A stretch of DNA of 64,000 bases from Polyangiales bacterium (GTDB lineage Bacteria > Myxococcota_A > Polyangia > Polyangiales > Ga0077539). Shown here one piece after another: positions 29,418-37,374 of the stretch; positions within the stretch are counted from its first letter, which is position 1; every line of letters starts with the position of its first letter. The translations under genes and the position numbers were made by a program. The stretch is taken from the NCBI GenBank assembly GCA_044229975.1, contig JBGARZ010000027.1:1-64000 (forward strand), written 5' to 3'. The notes beneath the pieces were generated by a model that made no database searches, was not told the origin of the DNA, and saw only the letters and a program-made list of their open reading frames with translations.

Positions 29418-31799
29418 ATGAGCTCGACGGTCGAGGTCGCTCGGACGCACGGACACTTCATCGCCGTCGGTGTCGTCCTCGCTGGCGCCCTGCTCGCTCG
29501 CGCCCTGCTGATCCCGTCCCGCGCGCTCGCGAGGAGCGTCGTGCGCCGCGTCCGTCTCCGGGCCGCTCGCGAGTGGCTTGGCTCACCCGTCACCCTGGCG
29601 TTCACGCCTGACGACGACGGGCGCTCGCTGACCCTCGACGGAACCTTCGTCGCGGACGGTCCTCGGCTGCGTGTCGGGTCGGTGCTCGTCGCCCTCGGAG
29701 GCGCGGCGACGGTCGATGCGCAGGACGGTGAACGCGTGCTCGTCCGGGGTACGTTGCGGCGAAGCTCCGACGAGGCGGGGGCGATGTTTCGCGACGTCGC
29801 GCCGCCCGCGTGGAGCATCGGGCCGAGCGGTGATCGCCTGGAGGTCGCCCGCGTCGTGCCCTACCGGCCGCACCGCGCGTCGGGCCTGCTCGCGCTCGGG
29901 ACGGGAGCGGCCCTGGCGCTGGTGGCGCTGACCGCTGCCGGCCAGGACGCAGTGGACTCGCTGCGGCCGATGGTTCGCTCCCCTGCGCTGGTGACCCGAT
30001 CGCACGTCACGTGGCAGACCCGGTGGGACCCGCGCGACGAGCTGCCGCTGAGCGTCGCGCTGTGCAGCCCAAGGCACCGACCGTTCGCACTCGCACATAT
30101 CCGGGAATCCCTGGACTCCGCGACGTTCTTGACGGCGGACGAGGCGAGCGTCCGCGCGGCCGGGAGCGCCCTGGTCCGGGACGGGCGGTGCGCCGAAGCG
30201 ACGGAGCTGTACTTCTCGGCGGGCCTGCTGACCGAGGCTGCGAACCAGGGGCTCACCACGTGCTCGGAGGCATCCGCCCTGGCGCTCGCCTGGGAGGCCG
30301 TCTGCGCGAACGGGGTCGGGACCTGGTACGACGCCAACTTCGGCCGGCTCCGGAGCGACACGTTCCGTCGATGGCTCGGGCGTCGGCCGGTCGACCTGCG
30401 CGGGCCCGAGGTCATCGCGCTGGTCGCGTACGAGCACCACTACAGCGACCCGCCGGTCGAGCAGGTGCCGGCCGACGACAGCGATCCGAGCCTGGAGGCG
30501 CTTCGCTGCGTCGAGCGCGCGCTGCTCCATCCCGACACCCGGCCCGATGAACGATCCCTCCCTGGTCCTGCGGCCTGGGACGACATGCTGCGTTCGAGCT
30601 CGCCCGCCTGTCGCATCATCGCGGCCACGCGGGGCGCCCGCCGGGACGACGCGAGCCTTCGCACGCTCGACGAGATCGCCCCGCGGGCGTCACCCATCTG
30701 GCGTCCGCTCATCGACGCGGCGCGCGACCTCATCGTCCTCGACGCCGAGCGCACCGGTCACCTGCGCCGCGCGCCGCCGTGCTCGCAACAGGAGCCCTAC
30801 GGAGAGATCGACCCGGCCCGGTACGCGCGGATGCCCGATGTGACGGCGTTGCTCATCATGGCAACCCACGCCTCCTCGTGCCTCTGGATGGTCGACCGCG
30901 TCCGGCTTCCGGCGCAGGAGGCGATGCTCCGCTTCGTTCGCGACACCGGCGGATCGAACGACTCCCTCAACGGCGCGAGCGTCGGGCGGAACTACTACTC
31001 CGTTCGCTTCGGCACGGAGTGGTACGCGTACGCTTGGCAGGGCTACCAGATGGCGATCGCGTCGCGGCAGCGAAGCGAAGCGCTCGACCGCCGCTTCGAC
31101 GTGCGATGGGAGGCGTCCCTTCTCGGAGGGCTCCAGCGCGTGCGCCGTGATGGCGTCGTCCTCGCGACCCACGCCCACCAGCACGGCGGCGAAACCCCGG
31201 ACCCCGCGAGGACGCTCTTCCTGATCGCCTGGCAGCGCGCGAACATCGACCCGACCCCGGGTTTCGCCGATCCTCGTGCCGTCGGAGAAGACCTCCAGGA
31301 GCACGCGGCGGAGATGCCTGCGGCCTTCGCGACCGTCATCGCGCACGCCGGGCTTGCCACACCGATGGACCACGTCCGCGTACTCCTGGAGGCCGCGGAG
31401 GGGGACGGCCTCGCCGGGCTGCGCGAGCGTGCGCTGAGGGCCGCGACCGGCGGCGACACGCGAGTGCTCGTGGCCGAGCTCGGTCCGCCCACGGCCGACG
31501 CGGTGCAGGTGTTTGCCGACGTCGCGCCGCTGCTGACCTCGCATCGCTCCGCGGCGCGTCCATGGCTGCGGGTGGCGGCCTCGTACACGCCCCCCGGGTC
31601 CATGTCGATCCACGATCGCCAGCGCCTAAGCTGGGCGATCGGGCGCGCGCGGAACGAGCTCCGCGACGCGATGGGAGACGAGACGACGATGACCTTCGCG
31701 CTGAGCGCGTGGCGCATCAACGACCCGTTCACCTGGGCGGTGGTCGAGGCACTGCGCGAGGAGGCGCGCTACCGGGCGCCGGCCCGCGGTCGAGAGTGA
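29418..31799 (+). CDS. Large membrane protein of unknown family (paralog B)
   Basis: Shares WQTRWDPRDE, PACRIIAATR..RRDDASLR.LDEIAP and QEPYG.IDPARYARMP with 14883-17330. Confidence 0.8.
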   Translation: MSSTVEVARTHGHFIAVGVVLAGALLARALLIPSRALARSVVRRVRLRAAREWLGSPVTLAFTPDDDGRSLTLDGTFVADGPRLRVGSVLVALGGAATVDAQDGERVLVRGTLRRSSDEAGAMFRDVAPPAWSIGPSGDRLEVARVVPYRPHRASGLLALGTGAALALVALTAAGQDAVDSLRPMVRSPALVTRSHVTWQTRWDPRDELPLSVALCSPRHRPFALAHIRESLDSATFLTADEASVRAAGSALVRDGRCAEATELYFSAGLLTEAANQGLTTCSEASALALAWEAVCANGVGTWYDANFGRLRSDTFRRWLGRRPVDLRGPEVIALVAYEHHYSDPPVEQVPADDSDPSLEALRCVERALLHPDTRPDERSLPGPAAWDDMLRSSSPACRIIAATRGARRDDASLRTLDEIAPRASPIWRPLIDAARDLIVLDAERTGHLRRAPPCSQQEPYGEIDPARYARMPDVTALLIMATHASSCLWMVDRVRLPAQEAMLRFVRDTGGSNDSLNGASVGRNYYSVRFGTEWYAYAWQGYQMAIASRQRSEALDRRFDVRWEASLLGGLQRVRRDGVVLATHAHQHGGETPDPARTLFLIAWQRANIDPTPGFADPRAVGEDLQEHAAEMPAAFATVIAHAGLATPMDHVRVLLEAAEGDGLAGLRERALRAATGGDTRVLVAELGPPTADAVQVFADVAPLLTSHRSAARPWLRVAASYTPPGSMSIHDRQRLSWAIGRARNELRDAMGDETTMTFALSAWRINDPFTWAVVEALREEARYRAPARGRE

Positions 31800-31842
31800 A
31801 CCGCTCCCCGGGCGATGTGTGCGGTACGGTCCCAATGCTCCA

Positions 31843-33273
31843 ATGCCCATCGATCGGCGTGACCTCCTCAAGCTCGCGGTCGCAGGCGCCGCCCCCGCGC
31901 TGCCGGGCTGCCGTCGCCCGCGCCGCTGGGTCCCCGCGCCGCCCACCAGCTCGCTGATCTTCAACCAGCGCATCAGGGGCCGCGACCCCTTCGCGGTCTC
32001 GACGGACCTCGACGCCACCCTACGCGAGGCCATCGAGAGCGGCCGCCCGCTGCGCGTGCTCGCCGGCGGCCACGGCTACCTCGGCAGCGCGACGGTGCGC
32101 GACGGCCTCGTCGTCGACATGCGCCCGCGTCGCGGCGTTCGCATCGACGACCAGCACTACCTCCACGCCCAGGCGGGCGCCCGCTTCATCGACCTCTACC
32201 GCGCCCTCTCCGCGCGCTTCGGGCCGTCGCTCCCGTGGCTCCTCGCCACCGGCGACTGCCCCGGGGTCGGCGTCGCGGGCTACGCGCTCGGCGGCGGCTA
32301 CGGGCACCTGTCTCGCGCGTGGGGCCCCCTCTGCGACAGCGTGGTGGGCCTTCGCGCCGTCGTCGCGACCCCCGACGGCGAGCTCGTCCAGAAGGTCCTC
32401 ACGGCGGCGTCGATGGGCGACGACGCCGAGCTCTACTGGGCGTTGCGCGGAGGAGGGGGCGCTCGCTTCGCGGTCGTCACCGACTTCACCTTCGCCCTGC
32501 GCGAACGCCCGGCCGCGCAGCGGCTCTATCAGCTCTACCTCGCCCCGCGCCTCGACGAGCGCTCGCTCGCGGAGGTGCTCCGGCGTTGGATCGCCTGGAG
32601 CGTCGAACACCTCGACGACCCGTCGGTCTCCTCGAAGCTCTCGGCGGGCACCGGTTGGCTACACGTGTGTGGCGTCCACGAGGATGAGGCGCGTGTGCGT
32701 TCGCTGCGGGACGCGCTCGCGCCCTACCTCGACCCGTCGCGTACCGGGGCGCTGTCGGTGACGCTCACCGAGGCGAGCCTCGCGCAGGTGTTCCAGCAAT
32801 GCGAGTCGCCCGAGGCCTGCGTGCGTCGACCGCCGGCGGCCTTCGCGGCGCGCTCCGCGTTCCTGTCGCTGACGGACGTCGCGCCGCGGGTCGACGCCGT
32901 CGCGGCCACGCTGGTGCGTCGCCGGGGCGAGACGCGGGAGTACGGCGGCCTTCAATGGATGCTGTGGCGACTGCGACCGGGGCTCGACGCCGACAACGCG
33001 TTCGCCCGCCGCGACCACGACCTACTCTGCCAGCTCTCGACTCACGGCATGTCCGATGAACGCGCTCCGTGGATGGGGTCCCTCTTCGCGGCGGTCACGG
33101 GCCAGTCGCACAACAGCGAGGCGCTGCCGGGCTATCAGAACTACGCGGACGCCACGGTGGTCGGCGCGGGGCGGGCGTTTCCCGCGGCGTATCACCCGGC
33201 CGCCGTCGTCGCGCGAATGGAGCGGGTGCGCTCGCGCTACCGTGACCTCTTCGCCGAGCCCCCGCCGGTCTGA
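31843..33273 (+). CDS. Tat-exported FAD-binding oxidoreductase, VAO/PCMH fold, berberine-bridge-enzyme-like
   Basis: Tat motif DRRDLLK; RVLAGGHGY; GDCPGVGVAGYALGGGYG; LYWALRGGGGARFAVVT; C-terminal YQNYAD. Confidence 0.9.
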   Translation: MPIDRRDLLKLAVAGAAPALPGCRRPRRWVPAPPTSSLIFNQRIRGRDPFAVSTDLDATLREAIESGRPLRVLAGGHGYLGSATVRDGLVVDMRPRRGVRIDDQHYLHAQAGARFIDLYRALSARFGPSLPWLLATGDCPGVGVAGYALGGGYGHLSRAWGPLCDSVVGLRAVVATPDGELVQKVLTAASMGDDAELYWALRGGGGARFAVVTDFTFALRERPAAQRLYQLYLAPRLDERSLAEVLRRWIAWSVEHLDDPSVSSKLSAGTGWLHVCGVHEDEARVRSLRDALAPYLDPSRTGALSVTLTEASLAQVFQQCESPEACVRRPPAAFAARSAFLSLTDVAPRVDAVAATLVRRRGETREYGGLQWMLWRLRPGLDADNAFARRDHDLLCQLSTHGMSDERAPWMGSLFAAVTGQSHNSEALPGYQNYADATVVGAGRAFPAAYHPAAVVARMERVRSRYRDLFAEPPPV

Positions 33274-33922
33274 ACGCCAAGACTCAAGGGACCGCGCGCA
33301 CCCGACCGGCGCTCAGGGCAGGATCAACGTGTGATTGGGCTCCCACGCGTCGTCGCAGAGGCGCACCTCGAGCTGCCCTCGCGGGTCGGTCGTCGGAAGG
33401 AGCGAGCGCCCGAGCTCGCGGAACGCCTCGGCGAATAGGGCGTCCGGTTGTGGGTCATGGACGGCGGCGAGACCCGCGCGCTGTCGCGGTGAGTCACTCC
33501 CGCAGCGGTCGCTCGCGCGAGAGCAGGCAGCGCACGAAGGCCCCGAGACCCGCGAGGCGGAAGGTCGGGTCTGACGTGGTGCTGCACCACGTAGAACGCG
33601 AAGTAGTAGGCCCGCGCTTGTTAGCACGCACCGTCCAACTTTCCAGCGCATCGAAGAGGGCCCGGATCTGGACCCCCAGAACCTGGAGCCCTCGGTGTGG
33701 GGTTCCTCGCGACCGCACGCCCTGCACCACAAGCGCGTGGGGCAACCGTGGTTCGCCAATGCACCTACCGGGCGCAGTCCCCAGCGACCGACGTAGTGTT
33801 CGGGCGGCGACAGGCGAGGCCGTCGGGGCAGACCACGTCGGTGTTGCAGACTAGCAGGCACACTCGCCCGACGACGCGCATGATGGCTGCCCGCGGAAGA
33901 CCAGGCGCTCTTTCAGCGGTGC

Positions 33923-34551
33923 ATGGGCGCCATCACGGCGAACCAGTGCCCGCCCTCGCTGATGTCCGACTCGGTCGCGCGGTCGTTCTGTCTCCGGGGG
34001 AAAGCGAGCGAATACTCCGAGCGGCCGTCACCCCAATATCGCCGAGAGTGGCTGCTCGCGAACGGGTGCCCGCACTCGATGGTCTCGCCGGGCGAGTACG
34101 CCTCCAGCGGAGGCGAGAGGCCGCAGTCATCGGTGCGCACAGCCCCGCGTCGGGGGCTCGCAGATGCGCCGCCCTCGGCCACTGCTGCCGCGGAAGCAGA
34201 CGCCGAAGAGTCTCGGGTGCGGAGCGGGCCGCGGGTCGCTCGCTGCTACACGTACACTGGCGTCGTGGTCCCGATCCAGAACTCAACGTGCGCAGCGGCA
34301 GGGCTCGCCGACCCACCCACGCCGCCGGTGGCCGCAGCCGGTCAGAGCGTCTCTCGCTGCACACGCAAACCGGCATGGTGGTGTCGGTGGAGAACTCAAC
34401 GTGCGAGGCCGCGGGGCTGAGCAGCACGGCGCCTCCGCCGCCGGTTGCAGCGCCTGCGCCGACCCCGGAGCCCGCGTCCGTGCCGGTGCTCATCCCTGCG
34501 GCGGAAGCGTTGCCCGCCCCACCGACCACGCGCCGTCACCGCCACCACTGA
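33923..34551 (+). pseudogene. Frameshifted hypothetical protein with a duplicated two-Cys module
   Basis: RCYTYTGVVVPIQNSTCAAAGL recurs as RC[Y]TQTGMVVSVENSTCEAAGL only if one T is restored at 34360/34361. Confidence 0.55.
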
Positions 34552-34906
34552 CCTACGCTCGCGACCCAGTCCCCCGTTGAGGGGTTCGGCCAGGTGCAGC
34601 GCCCACGCTTCCGACGACGCCCACGATTCGTTGCGCGGTATCGACTCGCACCCGAGCAGCGTCGGGGGTGTCACGTAAACGAGCCAGAACGCCTCCGTCG
34701 TCGACGTCCGGATGTCCAGCCTCGTCCCCATTACGAACCCGCGGAGGCTGTTGCGCGAGGCGACGAGCACCGACCACTGCCGCGCGGTCGACTTGTCGCC
34801 GAGCATGTGCCAGTACGCGGGCGCCGGGTAGAACGGCGTTGCCTCGGCGCCATTGTCCGCCTGTTGCTCCGGCGACGACAGCTACATCGTGTCGCGGGTC
34901 GACACC

Positions 34907-35980
34907 TCAGAATCGCACGGTCGCGGAGAGTTGGACCGCCCCCCCTGTGACATCGATCGACACGCGGGCTGCCTGGCGTCGCGCGGGTTGTTCCGCGGAC
35001 CAGATCGCGAGCGAGGTGAGCGACGTCGCGAGCCCCACCGCGAAGCCGACCACCGACACCGTCGCCGCTAGGTTGCGGTCGTCGAGGAGTTCGAGGCAGG
35101 CACTACCTTCCGCTGGGTCACGCGGACAGGAGGCGTTGAAGCGGGTGGTCCGTTCGAGAGCGACCGCGCCAGACACGAGCGTGGTCACCCACGCGGCCGT
35201 CGCCGCGGTCAGAACCGTCAATAGTGCGACGGACGGACGGTACCGTGGTCGGACTCCATCGTCCGTCCCTCGTCCAGGCGTGAGATCTTGCTCGCTCGCA
35301 GGCCCCAGGCGACCCCGCGTTCGAGGAGTCGGTGGAGCCTCTGGGGGGCGGACGACGTCTGCGTCCGCGCGCGGCGCGGTCCTGAACCGAAGCTGCTCTT
35401 GGGCACCCTGCACGCGCAGCGTCGCCCGATGCTCGGTGCCCCCGATCAGCGCGACCGCCGAGAGCGTGCTCCCCTGCAGAACGCGGAACATGCGCCGACG
35501 CACCCGAACGCCGTCCACCGTGACGAGCGCGTCGTCGGGCACGCCGGTGATCCTGACCTCGGAGGCGAGAGCGAGCAGGCGGTCGCGTTGCCGCTCGAAG
35601 AACCCCCCGAGCCCCTCCGACCTCAGCGTCGGAAGGGGCGAGGTGTCCGTCGCGAACGCATCGAGGTACGAGAGGGCCACGGCGTCCTCACCCCGGGAGA
35701 CGTGCACGAGCGCGAGGTGAGCGAGCGCTTCGTGGTCGCCCGCGTGACAGAGGCTCCACGCGAGCGCCTCGGCGCGCTCGAGGACTGCGCGCGCCTGGGG
35801 GTGGGAGGCCCCCTGGAGCGACAGGAGTTCACGCTCGATCGCCGCGGTGGTCGCGGCGACATCGAGATCGTTTCGCACGGGGTCGCACGCCGGGGTTGCG
35901 CTCACGACGGGCTGCGCCGTCGCCGAACCAGCTCGCACGAGCGCCGCGAACACGAGCGAGCAGACCGTCAGCGTGCGCAC
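34907..35980 (-). CDS. Secreted TPR-like/PEGA-like protein with C-terminal hydrophobic helices
   Basis: Signal peptide; ALAHLALVHVSRGEDAVALSYLDAF TPR-like helices; VRITGVPDDALVTVDG PEGA-like strand; usual partner of myxobacterial kinases. Confidence 0.75.
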   Translation of the reverse strand: MRTLTVCSLVFAALVRAGSATAQPVVSATPACDPVRNDLDVAATTAAIERELLSLQGASHPQARAVLERAEALAWSLCHAGDHEALAHLALVHVSRGEDAVALSYLDAFATDTSPLPTLRSEGLGGFFERQRDRLLALASEVRITGVPDDALVTVDGVRVRRRMFRVLQGSTLSAVALIGGTEHRATLRVQGAQEQLRFRTAPRADADVVRPPEAPPTPRTRGRLGPASEQDLTPGRGTDDGVRPRYRPSVALLTVLTAATAAWVTTLVSGAVALERTTRFNASCPRDPAEGSACLELLDDRNLAATVSVVGFAVGLATSLTSLAIWSAEQPARRQAARVSIDVTGGAVQLSATVRF

Positions 35981-37374
35981 GGAGACCTCGCGTCGTCGCA
36001 GTCACGTGGGGTCACCACCGGGCGGCGCTCGCGCGGCGTCTGCAGAGAGCCGCACGGGGCGAACGGGTCCGTGCAGGCGGTGCGACGTCCTGGCAGGGTG
36101 GTCGTCGGGCCGTCGCGTCGCGCGTGCGGCGACGCCGTTCGCGCGAGCTGGAGCGGCGCGGCCAGCGGCTGGGCGGCCGGCGGCTGGATCGTCGGCGACG
36201 CCGCAGCGGCTAGTGCCGTCGAAGTGTCAGGCGCCGTGGCGGGGCTGGCCACGCCCCGCGCCGCGGCCGGCCGAGGCAGCGGTGGGGCGCTCGGCGTCAA
36301 CGGGAGGCGCGTGGGAGCAGCGGTCGGGATGCTGGTGACGAGGGCGGCCGCGACGACGAGCGCGGCCACGACGCCACCCACGATCCGTAGGTCGCGACGG
36401 GGCGCCGGAACGAAGTCCGGGGGGTCGGGGAAGGCACATTGGGTCGCGGGGTGGATGAGCGTGGGCTCCTGCGACGCCAGCGTCGACGAACCCTGGGACG
36501 AGCCCGCGGTCAAAGCGATCGCCCGGAGCGAGTAGGCGACCAGCTTCGCGCTCGCCGGGCGGGCGGCCGGGTCGAGCGAGATCAACGACAGCACGATCGT
36601 TGAGAGTGGCTCCGGAACGCCGGGGACGAGCTCGGACGGCGGCATCGGCGTGGCGACGAGGCATCGCAGCTCGGCCATCGACGTCACCCGGTACGGCTTC
36701 GAGCCGGTCAGCAGGAAGTAGAGGAGGATGCCGACCGAGAAGAGGTCGACGCGTTCGTCGAGCTCGCTGGCCACGAGCCGCGCGTTCTCGGGTGCCATGT
36801 AGCAGAGGGTCCCCTGCGCGCTGCCGTCGAAGCACGGGTCGCCCTTCACGATGGCGGACCCGAAGTCGATGAGGCGGAGCGCCGCGAAGGGGCGTCGCAC
36901 GACGAGGATGTTCGTCGGCTTGACGTCTCGGTGGATCACGCCGCAGCCGTGGACGTGCGCGAGCGCGTCGCAGAGCTGCGCGACGAGGTCGACGGACTCG
37001 GCCACGCTGAGTGGGAGCCTCCCTCGGATGTGCTCCAGAAGCGTCACCACGTCGCCACCCAGGTCGGTGAGCAGGAGCGCCGGGCCGTACCCCGGGAGCG
37101 AGAGCGAGCCGATGAGCGTGAGCACCCTGGGGTGCTCGCCCACCCGGCGCATGATCGAGGCCTCGGCGAGCATCGCCGCGATCGCGCCCGGGTCGCGCCG
37201 CCTCGCTGGCGAGAGGATCTTCATGATCACGCTCGTCCCCGTCGCGAGGCTCGTCGCGAGCAACAGCTCCGACGACGCGGTCGAGCGGATCGACGCGTGC
37301 ACCCGATGCGCGCCGACCTCGCGCCCCATCAGGAAGGCCTGCGTCGGCTGCTCGTCATCGTCGGCGTTCGTCAC
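35968..37374 (-). CDS. Membrane-anchored Hanks-type Ser/Thr protein kinase
   Basis: IMK, HRDVKPTN, IDFG, GTLCYMAPE, DLFSVG, then a TM and Pro-rich tail. The Gly-rich loop is degenerate. Confidence 0.9.
   Translation of the reverse strand: MTNADDDEQPTQAFLMGREVGAHRVHASIRSTASSELLLATSLATGTSVIMKILSPARRRDPGAIAAMLAEASIMRRVGEHPRVLTLIGSLSLPGYGPALLLTDLGGDVVTLLEHIRGRLPLSVAESVDLVAQLCDALAHVHGCGVIHRDVKPTNILVVRRPFAALRLIDFGSAIVKGDPCFDGSAQGTLCYMAPENARLVASELDERVDLFSVGILLYFLLTGSKPYRVTSMAELRCLVATPMPPSELVPGVPEPLSTIVLSLISLDPAARPASAKLVAYSLRAIALTAGSSQGSSTLASQEPTLIHPATQCAFPDPPDFVPAPRRDLRIVGGVVAALVVAAALVTSIPTAAPTRLPLTPSAPPLPRPAAARGVASPATAPDTSTALAAAASPTIQPPAAQPLAAPLQLARTASPHARRDGPTTTLPGRRTACTDPFAPCGSLQTPRERRPVVTPRDCDDARSPCAR

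Noticed and set aside
14883..31799. Diversity-generating retroelement behind the paralog variable segments and duplicated blocks
   Set aside because: No reverse transcriptase in the window, and mismatches between copies are not adenine-specific.
33300..33900. Several short ORFs with patches of protein-like sequence
   Set aside because: No consistent frame or recognisable family.
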